NCBI GenBank assembly: GCA_013265495.1
Contig: MU057947.1
Coordinates: 630,048-694,047 of the forward strand
Length of the DNA stretch: 64,000 bases
DNA from: Vicugna vicugna
Lineage: Eukaryota
Reading direction: 5' to 3'
The notes under the pieces were generated by a model. It saw only the letters and a list, made by a program, of their open reading frames with translations. It did no database searches and was not told the DNA's origin. A program made the translations under genes and the position numbers. Below, one piece after another: positions 1 through 10,655 of this stretch; positions within the stretch are counted from its first letter, which is position 1, and each line of letters begins with the position of its first letter.

Positions 1-688
1 GTAGTTATTAGTATCCGCAGATCTCAGACTCCCAAATTATCCCTCCACCACACCCCCTTTCCCCTTGGTAACCACAAGTGTGTTCTCTGTGTCTGTGGGT
101 CTGTTTCTGTTTTGTAAACAAGTTCATTTGTCTCACTTTTTTAGATTCCATGTGTGACGTCATGTGGTATTTTTCTTTCTGACTTATTTCACTTAGAATG
201 ACAATCTCCAGGTCCATCCATGTTGCTGTAAATGGCATCATTTTACTCTTTTTTATGGCTGAGTAGTATTTCATTGTGTAAATATAGCACATCTTCTTTA
301 TACAGTCATCTGTCAGTGGACACTTAAGTTGCTTCCATGTCTTGGCTCTTGTAAATAGTGCTGCTCTGAACATTGCGGTGCATGTGTCTTTCCAAATTAG
401 AGCTCCCTCGAGGTATATGCCCAGGAGTGGGACTGCTGCATCATATGGTAAGTCTGTTTTTAGTCTTTTCAGGAATCTCCATATCATTTTCCACAGTGGC
501 TGCACCAAACTGCATTCCCACCAGCAGTGTAGGAGGGTTCCCCTTTCTCCACAGCCTCTCCAGCATTTGTCATTTGTGGATTTTTGAATGACAGCCATTC
601 TGACTGGTGTGAGGTGACACCTCATTGTAGTTTTGATTTGCATTTCTCTGATGATTAGTGATGTTGAGCATTTTTTCATGTGCCTATT
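1..688 (-). mobile_element. 5'-truncated LINE-1, ORF2 C-terminus plus start of 3'UTR, relatively young; continues off the window start
   Basis: ORF 8..739(-) reads [21 protein letters not shown]...[19 protein letters not shown] (CCHC knuckle)...[11 protein letters not shown], the typical L1 ORF2p C-terminus, without stops. Similarity ends near 688. Confidence 0.95.
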
Positions 689-3049
689 CTTTTTCTTCAA
701 GATATATTTGTGAGTCCCCCACCCATGAGTGAATCCCATTTAAGGAACTGATATGGGAAACTGGGCTCCTGGCTGTCACTATGGGAGATGGAACACCTCA
801 GCAGGTGCCTGTCCTGAGACATGGAGGAGGAGGAGCCACGGCAGACGAGCAGGTCTGTCCTGACAAGCAGTAAGCCGCCCTCCCTCACTTGCCGCCTAAG
901 ACAGACAGATTCACTCCTCTGCTTGTTTCGTAAAATATGCATTGAGAGCAACACCCGGATGCTGAATGACAAGTGCCACGCCTGGCATGTGCTGTGCTGG
1001 CCTGCCGGGGTTTCTTAGAAGCCCATTTGATTCTAATTCAGTAGGATTTTTAACCCCTGCCTTAGAAACACCTCGCTTGGGAAGTCCGCGTTGTCCCCGT
1101 TAATGTCGGTGGGGTTTCACGTGCCCAGTATCTAATGCCGTGCTTTGAGAACTGAAGCCGAGTCCTTTTTTCAAAAGCAGGATCTCACTGTCTCCACTGG
1201 AGTTTTGGAACAACTTGACATGTCCTGGAGAAGAATTACCTTTAGAGAAAGTGAGTTTGGTTGATTGAAATGACATTAATTCCACATTTCCGTGTCATCA
1301 CTCATTCACCTGACCGGCTTGCCGGATTCCCGCCTCTGTTTACAAGCATCCTCAGGCCTGATGCGCCTCCTCTCTGCACACCCAGCCACTGGCCCTCCTC
1401 GCCTGGGGAAGCAGGAAGCCCACCCTGAGGCTGACAGCTTCCTGTCATCCGCTGACGGGGGAGCGCTTGGAGCCCCCAGTGTTTCCCACGTGTGGCTAGA
1501 ACTCCCTCTGGAAACACTGGCTCCCTCTGCAGCTTGGGCACCGCTTAATGTTATCCTGGAACACTCGTCGATTCTGTGGCTGCAGCAACAGCCCTTTGCT
1601 CTCACGATTTCACGTCCTTGCTACGGAAGATCCTGGTGTAGCTGCCTCCTCGTGCCTCTGCTTGGAGCTCGGACGGCTCTTGCCCTGTGTCCCCAGCCAC
1701 GCGGAGCTGGGTTCTTGGAGGGACAGTCCAGAGGCCACGCTTGAGGGATCACACTTGTTCCTGAGACAGGAACTGGAGCCCCACAGCCTGCGTGTTAGTT
1801 CCAAGGCACCCAGCATCATTTATTTAAAGAGGAATGAAATTTTGAAGAACAGATTTCGCCCTAAAATATTCCATTGGTGGCTGCCAGAAAAGCCTTTCTG
1901 AAATAATATTAAGCTATCGGAAAAGTATTCTGGTGTTAATAGGCTGACGTATAAAAGCAGAAGTGAAAATAAAATGTCTAAACTTGAGCTAAAGTCCTAT
2001 GTAGAGATCAATGTTTAAATTGTGTAATAAGAGACACACAGCGTGCACCTAATCCTCGGGGAGGGGCGCCAGTTTGGGGGCCGTGGGGGCCGCCCCAAGT
2101 GCCCGTCCTTCTCCTCGCTGACCCCTGGGGGGCAGGATCAGCTGCTAGAAGATTGTGGCGCCCTCCCTGTCGTGGCCAGAGGTTCTTTTCTTCCAGAACA
2201 GTCAATATCATTTGGTGTAACGTTTTGACTTTTTTACTACAGATTCCAACAACTATTTCTTTTATCAGAACTAAGTTTATAATTTCCTCCTTTCTCTTCT
2301 TTCACGTGTACCCGGTTCTGATTTTTCATCTCCCTGCTAGTCAGCTCATTTCTGAGCCCCTGTTGATTAAAACTTCATCTTAATTTCCCAGGACACGAGA
2401 CCCTGGAAGCCTTTTTTGCAGCTGAGATGTTCCATCGAACTTTCCGATGGCGTTGTGGGGGGGGAGGGTCCTGCCAGCACAGTCAGTGTCCTTGACTGAT
2501 GACAGCGGCCTGCAGCCCTTCCCTGAGAGGCCGACATGGGGCTGCGCTCCCTGGGGACGAGGACGGACGAGCTGCTGCCCTCAGGAAGCAGTTTTCCTCC
2601 TGCAAGTGGAGATTTTAGAAAGACGCACACTTCCAGGCACTTGGGGTGGGGACGAGGATGCTGGTACCGGGGGTGCCCTTCCAGCCCCCGAGGAGCACAC
2701 AGCCCCGGTCACTCCTTGAATTGATTCCATCCCTCCCTCTCTCTCCTCGGGTGTCCGTGATGCAAAAGAAAGGCTCAGGCCGAGGTCCCGGCTGACCCCT
2801 CAGGATCATGGAGGACTCCGAGGAAGGCTTTCTGCCTCCAGCAGGATCTACAGCTCTTTCTGGGACATGCTTGTGCGACACTGTTGATCTGAAGTTCTTT
2901 TTCTTTTCTTTGACCTGGAAACTTTTCAAGCAGCACAAGTTTATTACCTAAAAATTTTCAAATGTGGGAGTAAAAAAGTCCTGTTTCCAGAGGTGATCAG
3001 TTGGATCCTTTCCAGTGAAACCTTGCAAATCTGTTTCCATTTTTGTTAA

Positions 3050-3880
3050 TAAACTTCCTTGTTCTTACACACCTTTAGCAGGAAGGTGTATAGTGTAATC
3101 TTTGGTGAGTAGGACGTGAACTGTATGATCATCAATTCTTCACAGCTGCACATTGTTCTGTGTGGTGGTTCCTATGATTGTGAACTGCTCCCACTTACCT
3201 TGGAAATCTGGTTGGGATCCAGCTTTCTTTGCTTGTACAGACAATGTGATCGTGGGTATTCTATAGTTCTGTGTCATGCATATCATATTTCTGTGGAGTA
3301 GATTCCTGGGAAAAGAATTACTAAGTCAAGGGAATGCACACCTAAAATTTTGCTGGGTGCAGCCCAGACGCCTACCAAAGGGCTGTACCAGCTCAGAGTC
3401 CTGGACAGTAACAAAGGATACCAATTTGCATCTTCACATGACAGTTTTCGAATGGCGTATTTCTTTTGAAAATGACATCTCTTTAATTGCTGAGGCCACG
3501 CATCTTTTTTGTGTTGTATTTTTTTCTCCTTTAATTTGTACGTATTCTTCACTTTCCCCCATTGTTTGTCTTTTTATTTTTTTACTTTAGTAACTTTTTT
3601 CTAAATTGTGGCTATTAGTCATTTGTCTGATAACCTATAAGCATTTTATTCTAGTCTCCAAAGGTGCCTTTGGCGCACTGGAGTTTCACATTTTTACGCA
3701 GTCCGAGCTGACAGTCCTTTCATTGGAGCTTCTGAGTTTTGAGTCTTGCTTTGAAATCTCACTGTTACTGCAAGATTGTAAAAACGATTATCTTTTGCTT
3801 GTGGTGCTTTTAGGGTTTTGTTTTAATGTTGTTAATTCGTCCAAAAATTGATTTCGTGTGATCTGAGTCGTGGGCTAATG
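3050..3880 (-). mobile_element. Old degraded LINE-1 3' fragment (L1M/L1ME-like)
   Basis: Diverged antisense L1 motifs, e.g. gtagattcctgggaaaagaattactaagtcaaggg and ccaaagggctgtacca; T-rich + strand. Confidence 0.6.
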
Positions 3881-4289
3881 TGAGGCTGTGCTATGTAGCT
3901 GGTCGGTTGTCACACCATCTTTCCGCACTGTTGCCATCCACCCTCCTCGCTGACGTGGTCCACTCCATGCCACACCGGCCTGGCCTGTGGATCTGTGTGC
4001 GGGCACCTCTCTGCTCTGAGTCTGCTCTGATGTTGTGCCCTGGGGCCAGCCCTCCACTGTTAACACAGGCACCTCTACGGACGGTTTGATGAGTTGTAGG
4101 ATGTCTTTTCTCAGTGTGATTTTTGAACATGTGCTTGAGGGTGGAGACATGGGAAGAGTAGCATGCAAACAGTCTGGCAGAGTAGGGCCAATAGACTGAA
4201 GTGTTTGTACAAGACGCAGCTGTTTGCCTGGCCGGTTGTGGGTCATTACTAATCTGTGTGTTCTGGGTGTGAGCCTTTAGCAAGTGGTG

Positions 4290-5590
4290 AAGTAGCTTCC
4301 GTTTTGTGGCTTACCTTTTCATTCCTCTAATGGTGTTGTGCTGAGCAAAAGTTCTTAAAGGAGGCAAATTTTATCTTTTTATTTAGTGAGTGTGGTTTCT
4401 GTCGTATTTAAGACGTCGTTTCCCTCCCACAAGATAATGGAGGTATTCTCCGTACTAATTTTGAGAACAGATGTTGGCAGACTCTCTCTGTAAAGGGCTG
4501 GGGAAGAAACGTGCTCATCTCCGTGACCACGTGTGGTCTCGGTTACGTTCCTAGCTCGTGGGGGAGCCGGGCTGCAGGCTGTGGCTGGCTCGTTCCTGCT
4601 CTGGAAGCTCTGGATTTGGGCGCTTACATTTCGAGCCGCGGTATGCCTCAGCTGTTGTGTTTGGTAGTGTTTTATACTGGAAAGTGTAGGCGGTGTCCAG
4701 CTTGTTAACTGAGAGGTCCATTCTTTCTCCACCTCTGTTCAGTGACCCCCGTGTCACGAACTCAGTCTGCTGCCGAGTTCTCGGTTCCATCGTACTGGCC
4801 TGTGTGTTTATTCCTTCACGGCCCCACACTGTTCTTGGCGCAGTTAGTGAGTGTAACAGTTATTGTAGCTTTTAGTGGACAAAGTGCTTCTGTTGCTCTT
4901 TTACATTTCTATTAGCGTGTACTTTTAGAATCATGTCATATTCCAAAGTACTTTTTTAAAAACTCCACAGCATCTTTTTCTTTTTAAACTGAGACTGGAT
5001 TGACTCTGCAGTTTGGTTTGAGGCAAACTGACCTCTTTTCAATTTTTAGTCATCAAATCTGTGATCACATTATTATTCCTCCATTTATTAAAGTTGTCTT
5101 AATTTTCCTCCATAATTATTTATGGTTTTTCTATACAGAGGTCTTGCACACATTTTATTGGATTTATTATTAGGTATACAATATGTTTAAATATAATCTA
5201 ATGTAAATGGCAAACATTTTAAAATCAGCAGTGCTTCCTTAAATGGGTACTAGAATGCTCTGCTGAAAGTCCCCTTGCTTATAATTTTACTTGTAAGAAA
5301 AAACTTAAATTATAGGACACTGTAGATTTCTAGCTTTTCTTAATCTTTTTTAAACAACTTGTTTTGTTTCACTTGCTGTACTGGCTGGGACCTCCTGTAC
5401 AATGTTAAACAGGAGTGGTGAGAACAGACATCCATATCTTGTTCCCAATTTTGTGAGAAAATATTCTGTCTTTATCCTGATCATTCCGGCTGGATGTTTA
5501 TCAATTTAATCATCTCGCTCAAGATCCTACTTCTGGTTTCATTTATTTGCTCTGTTGTTTTCTTGTTTTCTGTTTCATTGACTTCTTCTG
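4290..5590 (-). mobile_element. Old degraded LINE-1 ORF2 fragments
   Basis: Antisense ORF2 hallmarks, e.g. ctggctgggacctcctgtacaatgttaaacaggagtggtgagaacagacatccatatcttgttccc (about 5380-5445). Confidence 0.7.
4468..4598. mobile_element. MER58-like hAT-Charlie MITE nested in L1
   Basis: Begins cagatgttggcagactctctctgtaaagggc (recalled consensus CAGGGGTCGGCAAACTTTTTCTGTAAAGGGCC) and ends in a degenerate TIR ...cctg. Flanks tttgagaa/ctctggaa loosely resemble a Charlie-type TSD. Confidence 0.55.
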
Positions 5591-6520
5591 TAATATCAAT
5601 CTGTAGACATATCATTTTATTTGAGTATTTTCTTCACTTGGAAGGCATTTATAAAATTCTCTTAGATTCTTCTCTTGATGTTTTTCCTTTAGAATGTCAT
5701 TACACTGCAAATTAGTCACTTCCAATTAAAGATTAAGTGAAAGCTCTTCAATTGTACATTTAAAAGGATTTTGAAATATGGAAATTTCCTTTGTACTTGC
5801 CTTGGGATCCAACAAAAGCTGTTGGAACAGCAATTTGTGCTCAGAAAATATGTCAACTGCAAATGTGTGTGGGAATGGAGATCTTAAGAAGTGTGTAAAG
5901 CTGCTTGACATTTCTTATGATTCACAGAACGTTACTTGTCATCAAAGCAACTTTACTGCCTTGTAAGCATAGAAGAGTTTTGCCTTGTAATGGCAGGTTG
6001 ATTTTATTAAGAAACATCAGGTCTGCATCAGAAGCTGATTTCCAGAGATATTTAGTGTTTGATAATAGTGGTTGAAGGCAGTTCTGATTGAGAAATTTTT
6101 CAGTATCAACTCTGAGCTACAGAATTGCAGTAAAATATTGCCTCTGCCTCTAAGCCATTGAAATGTTCTGTGGTAGAGTAACTTAGGGTATCCAGCTTTT
6201 ATTTCTGACAAAATTTCACAAAACTGAGACGATTAAGTATAGGAGAACAAATGAAGTGAACTATTGTTATCCTTTCTCAGTTACATGTTAATAGATTCAG
6301 ATATCATGCTGATAGATAATACAGTGAATTACCATAGGGTTTAAATGCCTTACGTTTTAATAAGCCTTGCCAGTTTGTCCACCTCAGCCTTTTTCTGCTT
6401 TACATGTTTTTATCATCATCTCTTATAATACATTGTAGCAGATTACACTTCAGGTTGTACTGAACTAGTGTTTCCTCAACTGTGAAAATATTCTCACCCT
6501 GGCCATAGTCTGTCAAACCT
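5590..6520 (-). mobile_element. Fossil hAT-Charlie/Buster-type DNA transposon, transposase coding region with stops and frameshifts
   Basis: Minus-strand fragments appear in the correct order: GENIF..VEETLVQYNL..LLQCIIRDD (TTDG equivalent), VIHCIIYQ (CxxH equivalent), YPKLLYHRTFQWLRGRGNILLQF (cf. YGDLLYHTEVRWLSRGKVLKRF), DLMFLNKINLPLQGK, IFQNPFKCTIEEL..L*LEVTNLQCND, EFYKCLPSEE. Confidence 0.85.
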
Positions 6521-6544
6521 TGACTTACCTTTCACCATAAGGAA

Positions 6545-6990
6545 CTACAAGAGAGGAGGAAATTTAGACCCAAAGCAAGTAGAAGAAAGACCATGAAAGA
6601 GCAGAGCAGAAATTGAGGAATTTGAAAACAAAAAAGAGAAAACCAAAGAAACCAAAAGCTTGGTTTTTGAAGAGATCAATAAAAATGATAAAACTCTAAC
6701 AGACTGAAAGAGAGCAATGCAAATTACCCATGTTGGTACTGGAAGGGGAAATCAGTACAGAGCCTACGGACGCTAAAAAGTTATAAGGAAATGTTATAAA
6801 CCATGTATGGCAGTAAACGTGATGGCTTAGACGAAATGGACAAATACTGAAAGATGCAAACTCCCGAAGCTCTTTCGCCTTGAGTGTGAAGGTGGTTGTA
6901 GGACTCTGTGTCAGCACACAGTGTCAGTGCACTTACAGGGGGTGGATTGTACTGTTTGTAAATTTACCTCAATATACCCGACTTTAAAAT
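6545..6990 (+). mobile_element. LINE-1 fragments: ORF2 N-terminal piece joined to a 3'-end piece
   Basis: aaaccaaaagcttggtttttgaagagatcaataaaaatgataaaactcta (ORF2), followed by tgtactgtttgtaaatttacctcaata (L1M 3' terminus). Confidence 0.75.
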
Positions 6991-7119
6991 ATTTTAAAGT
7001 AAAACCAGTACTCTTTTTATTTACATGCAGATTTACCATTTTTATTGCTTTTCATTCCTTCTGTGTCACCAACTTCCTTTCCGTGATAATTTCCCTTCTG
7101 CCTGAATAATACATCTTAA

Positions 7120-7437
7120 GTAGTGGTGTGCTGACACTAGCTCAGAGTGTCTCATGAGAGACACTTAATCTACAAGAATTTTGTGAACTGGTTGTCAAAC
7201 ACAGCCACTATTAAAAATTAGGTAATATAAACTTACAGTCAAATACATTCAGAAAGGTAACATACTCAAAACTCACCCCTTCCAATTATTGTACAATTTA
7301 CTGTTATCTGCGTCTTTGAGTTCATTTTATAATTGTGTGCTCCTGAGGCTCTCAGCTCAGCTCAGTGCCATCACACTGATATTTTTAAATCAGCTCTTGT
7401 GTGAGTATTTACACTACAGAAATTGGCAAATGCTATA
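7120..7437 (+). mobile_element. MER63-like hAT-Blackjack DNA transposon fragment
   Basis: agtggtgtgctg...gaattttgtgaactggttgtcaaacacagccactattaaaaatta...gagtatttacactacagaaattggcaaatgcta follows the MER63 consensus as recalled. Confidence 0.75.
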
Positions 7438-7760
7438 TGTTTCTTCTAATCTCTAACAGTTCACTAATTTTTTTCCTGCTGTGTTGAATTTGGTTTTCAA
7501 CTCATTCATAGAATACGTTCAGTAATTTTCAATTCTAGTTTGATTTTTTTTAAGCAGTTGGCAGTTCTTCCTGACTTGTCATCTTGGCTTTATTCTACTT
7601 GAATGTAATCAACCACAGTTATTTTAAATTCACATCTGGAAGCTCCAGCCTCCAGAATTCCTGGATCTGATTCGGACTCTATTTCTGCTGGGTTTTGTTC
7701 AGGTGGTTTTGTTCCCTCGTGTGTCTACCTTTTTTTTTTTTTTATTGCCACATTGTTGCG
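7438..7760 (-). mobile_element. Old LINE-1 ORF1/5' region fragment
   Basis: ttcactaattttttttcctgctgtgttgaatttggttttcaactc resembles antisense L1M ORF1 sequence. Confidence 0.5.
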
Positions 7761-8817
7761 TTTGCAAAGTTGTGTGTAGAAAGGACATGATGCGTAGGAT
7801 GACACTCTCCTCCTCCAGCAGGACCCCTCCTTCTAGGGGATCCTAGGTTCAGAGCAGAGCCGCCCTTCACGTGAGGTCTGCTTTGGCTCCTGCACGGTGA
7901 CGGTGGCGTCCAGATTGCTGTCCCAGCCTGAGGGAGCTCCCAGGTCCTCCGGCCTCTCTCCCTTCCCCCAGCTCTAAGGCTGTGCCGAGCACCTCCAGCC
8001 ACCTCTCGGGGCTCCCAGGGGAAGAGCAGGCCCTGTACCCCTGTTTTCCTTTGCCCTCACCCCAGAAACATCACCGTGTGCCCTTCTTGTATGACCCACT
8101 CCTCTCTCAGGATGGATCTCAAATCCCACATCCTGGTTTTAAGAAGAAAAAATAAACTACCCTTCTCTGCCTGGCCACCTCCTCAGCTCCCTCCAGGGAC
8201 AGTGAGGTTCCTCTGCCACCAGTAGAGCTTCCTGTGGGCAGACACCCCCCAACACACACACCAGATTTTTAAGCTATTTGTCTTTGGTGAGATGACTTCC
8301 TGTGATGCCTGGCACCTTGCAGGTAAGCCCAGCTGACAGAAGTTGTTGAGTGATAGGTCTGCAGGGTGATGTCCACCCTCTGCCCTCTCCTCCTGCGTGT
8401 GGTTGGGGGCTGGAAGGGAGGGTGTCCAGGGTCGGCCCTCCAGTCCTATCCCAAACTGACTTGATGGCAGTACAGGGGTTGCCAGCTCTCTTGGTCTGGG
8501 TATGTTCGTTGAAGAAATTGCCACCCTGTATTTGTAAGTTAGTGTGAAGTGAGTGTTTAATAGGATAATGATTTTCTTAAGATGCTAATTCTAACCATAT
8601 CAGAACAGGTTTTGTGTGGTATTTAATGTGTGTTTAACTGTGTGTACTAAATATGATTTATATTAAAATCTGAATGGAAGTTTGTGAAGGAAAATAATCA
8701 CACCTTTTGCCAAACCTCATTCTTTATATGTAGTTCTTTTGCTGAATATGTTTAAGTATTGACTTAATGCAGCAATGTGGTTGCTTCTGTTTGGGTTTGA
8801 AAGATTTACTGAACTCT

Positions 8818-9086
8818 GCAAAACAGATATGCAGTAAGTTTCTTCTGTCTAGCCCCGGGAACTATATTCAGTGTCTTGTAGTAACCTATAATAGAAAAGA
8901 TTATGAAAGCGAATATATATATACACACGTATGACTGAAACACTGTGCTGTACACCAGAAACTGACACATTGTAACTGACCACACTGCCATAAGAAGGAA
9001 GGAAGGAAGGAAAGAAAGAAAGAAAGAAAAAGGAAGGAAGGAAGGAAGAGGGAGGGAAGGAAGAAAGGAAGGAAGAAAGGAAGATT
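8818..9086 (+). mobile_element. Short 5'-truncated LINE-1 3' end with microsatellite tail and 15-bp TSD
   Basis: 3'UTR homologous to the copies at 45700 and 53862. TSD gatttactgaactct (8803-8817) / gatttaccgaactct (9087-9101). Confidence 0.85.
8993..9083 (+). repeat. (GGAA)n/(GAAA)n polypurine microsatellite
   Basis: About 90 nt of purines only, directly visible. Confidence 0.95.
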
Positions 9087-10049
9087 GATTTACCGAACTC
9101 TAAATACTTGAGACCCGTACACAGAACATTGGTTTGGCTGTTGAAGAAAGTTAGTGCCTGATTCCTCTGATTTAACTTTTTCTAGTACATGTGAAGTTGT
9201 CTCAGCTCTCATTTTTTTCAAAACTAAACTCAAGAATGGAGAATTCTTTCATAAGCTGTTAATGCATATTGCTTTGGGGACCAAAGTCGGCCAGGCTGAT
9301 CACCACTCAAATGCTTTTTTAATTCCAATTTTCAAGTTAGTAATTCCATAAAATCCACCCTGAACCCGACTGGGAGACTTTATTACTTGGCCCACGTGTT
9401 GGAGGTGAAACTGGGAAGAGCAGCTGTCTGCTATACGCATCTGCTGGCTTTGCGCCGCTCCCACCCCCGGGTGGCTCCGGGCTCCCTCTGGCGTGATTCT
9501 TGCTCGGGCTGTGGGACCTCGTCAGGCCCTTCGCCACTTGGACCCCCTGCTCATCTTCAGGAATGGGGCCTTGGTGGCCACCCAGTTACCAAAATGAAAT
9601 GCAGTCCAAAAAGGGGGGAAGTTTCCAAAGGAAAACTGAAAGTGAGAACTTGCTGGGGAGCTAGGGGACTCCCGATGCTCTGACCCCGTTCACACCAGTC
9701 GGGGGAGGCGGAGGATCGAGGTGCTGAAGGTCAGCTCTGGGCCTGTCCTGCTGCTCCTCGTTTCGCGGCCTTTCCGCCAGCCCTGCTTCTCCCTCAGGAA
9801 CGGCACACGGGGACCAGTGCGGGGGGCGTAGGGACAAGAGGGTACGACGCGTTCTCCCTGCCCTCCTGGAATCTGCCGTCCAGCGGAGGAGGCTGGTGTT
9901 CAACAGCTGATGAGCAAATAATTACTTGTTTGGAGTGGAGCCAAGGACGGCCAAGGACAGGGGCCATGTACTGGGGACATGGGTGTGGGGACCGGCCTCA
10001 AATGTGGGGTCAGAAGAGGCTTCCTTGAGAGGAGACTTCTTTGACAAGC

Positions 10050-10655
10050 TAAGTCCTAGCCAGAGAAAGAAGGCAAGGTAAAGAAATAAAAGGCGTCTAA
10101 TTGGAAAGCAAGAAGTTAAACTGTCACTATTTGCACATGACATGATACTATATAGAAAACCCTAAAGACTCCATCAAAAAACTGTTAGAACGAATACATT
10201 CAGTAAAGGTTAGGACACAAAACCTATGCCAAAGTCTGTTGCACACTAACAATGAACCATAAGAGAAAGTAAGGAAATAATTTTATTTACAATTGTATCA
10301 AGATAATAAAATATCTAGGAATAAATTAAACTAAGAAAGTGAAAAGTGAAAAACCTGTATATTAAAAACTGTAAAACACTGAGGAAATAAACTGAGGTAG
10401 ATGCAAACAAGTGGAAGGATATTCTGTGCTCGTGGATTGGAAGAATTAGTATCATTAAAAATGTCTGTACTACCCAAAGCAGTATACAGATTCAGTGCAA
10501 TCTGCATCAAAATTCCAAAGGCATTTTTCACAGACGTAGAACAAACCATTCTAAAATGTGTATATTTTAAACCATACAGGACCCCGGACAGTCAGGGTAA
10601 TCTTGAGAAGGAAGAAAAGAGCTGGAGGTACCACGCTCCCTGATTTCAAAGTATA
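10050..10655 (+). mobile_element. LINE-1 ORF2 reverse-transcriptase segment (inverted relative to the adjacent L1)
   Basis: ctatttgcacatgacatgata = LFAHDMI (degenerate FADD motif); KMSVLPKAVYRFSAICIKIPKAFFT in ORF 10401..10643. Confidence 0.9.

Noticed and set aside
8..739. 243-aa ORF as a host gene
   Set aside because: It is a 5'-truncated L1 ORF2 C-terminus. The upstream ATG is in flanking DNA, antisense to MGMT, with no evidence of expression.
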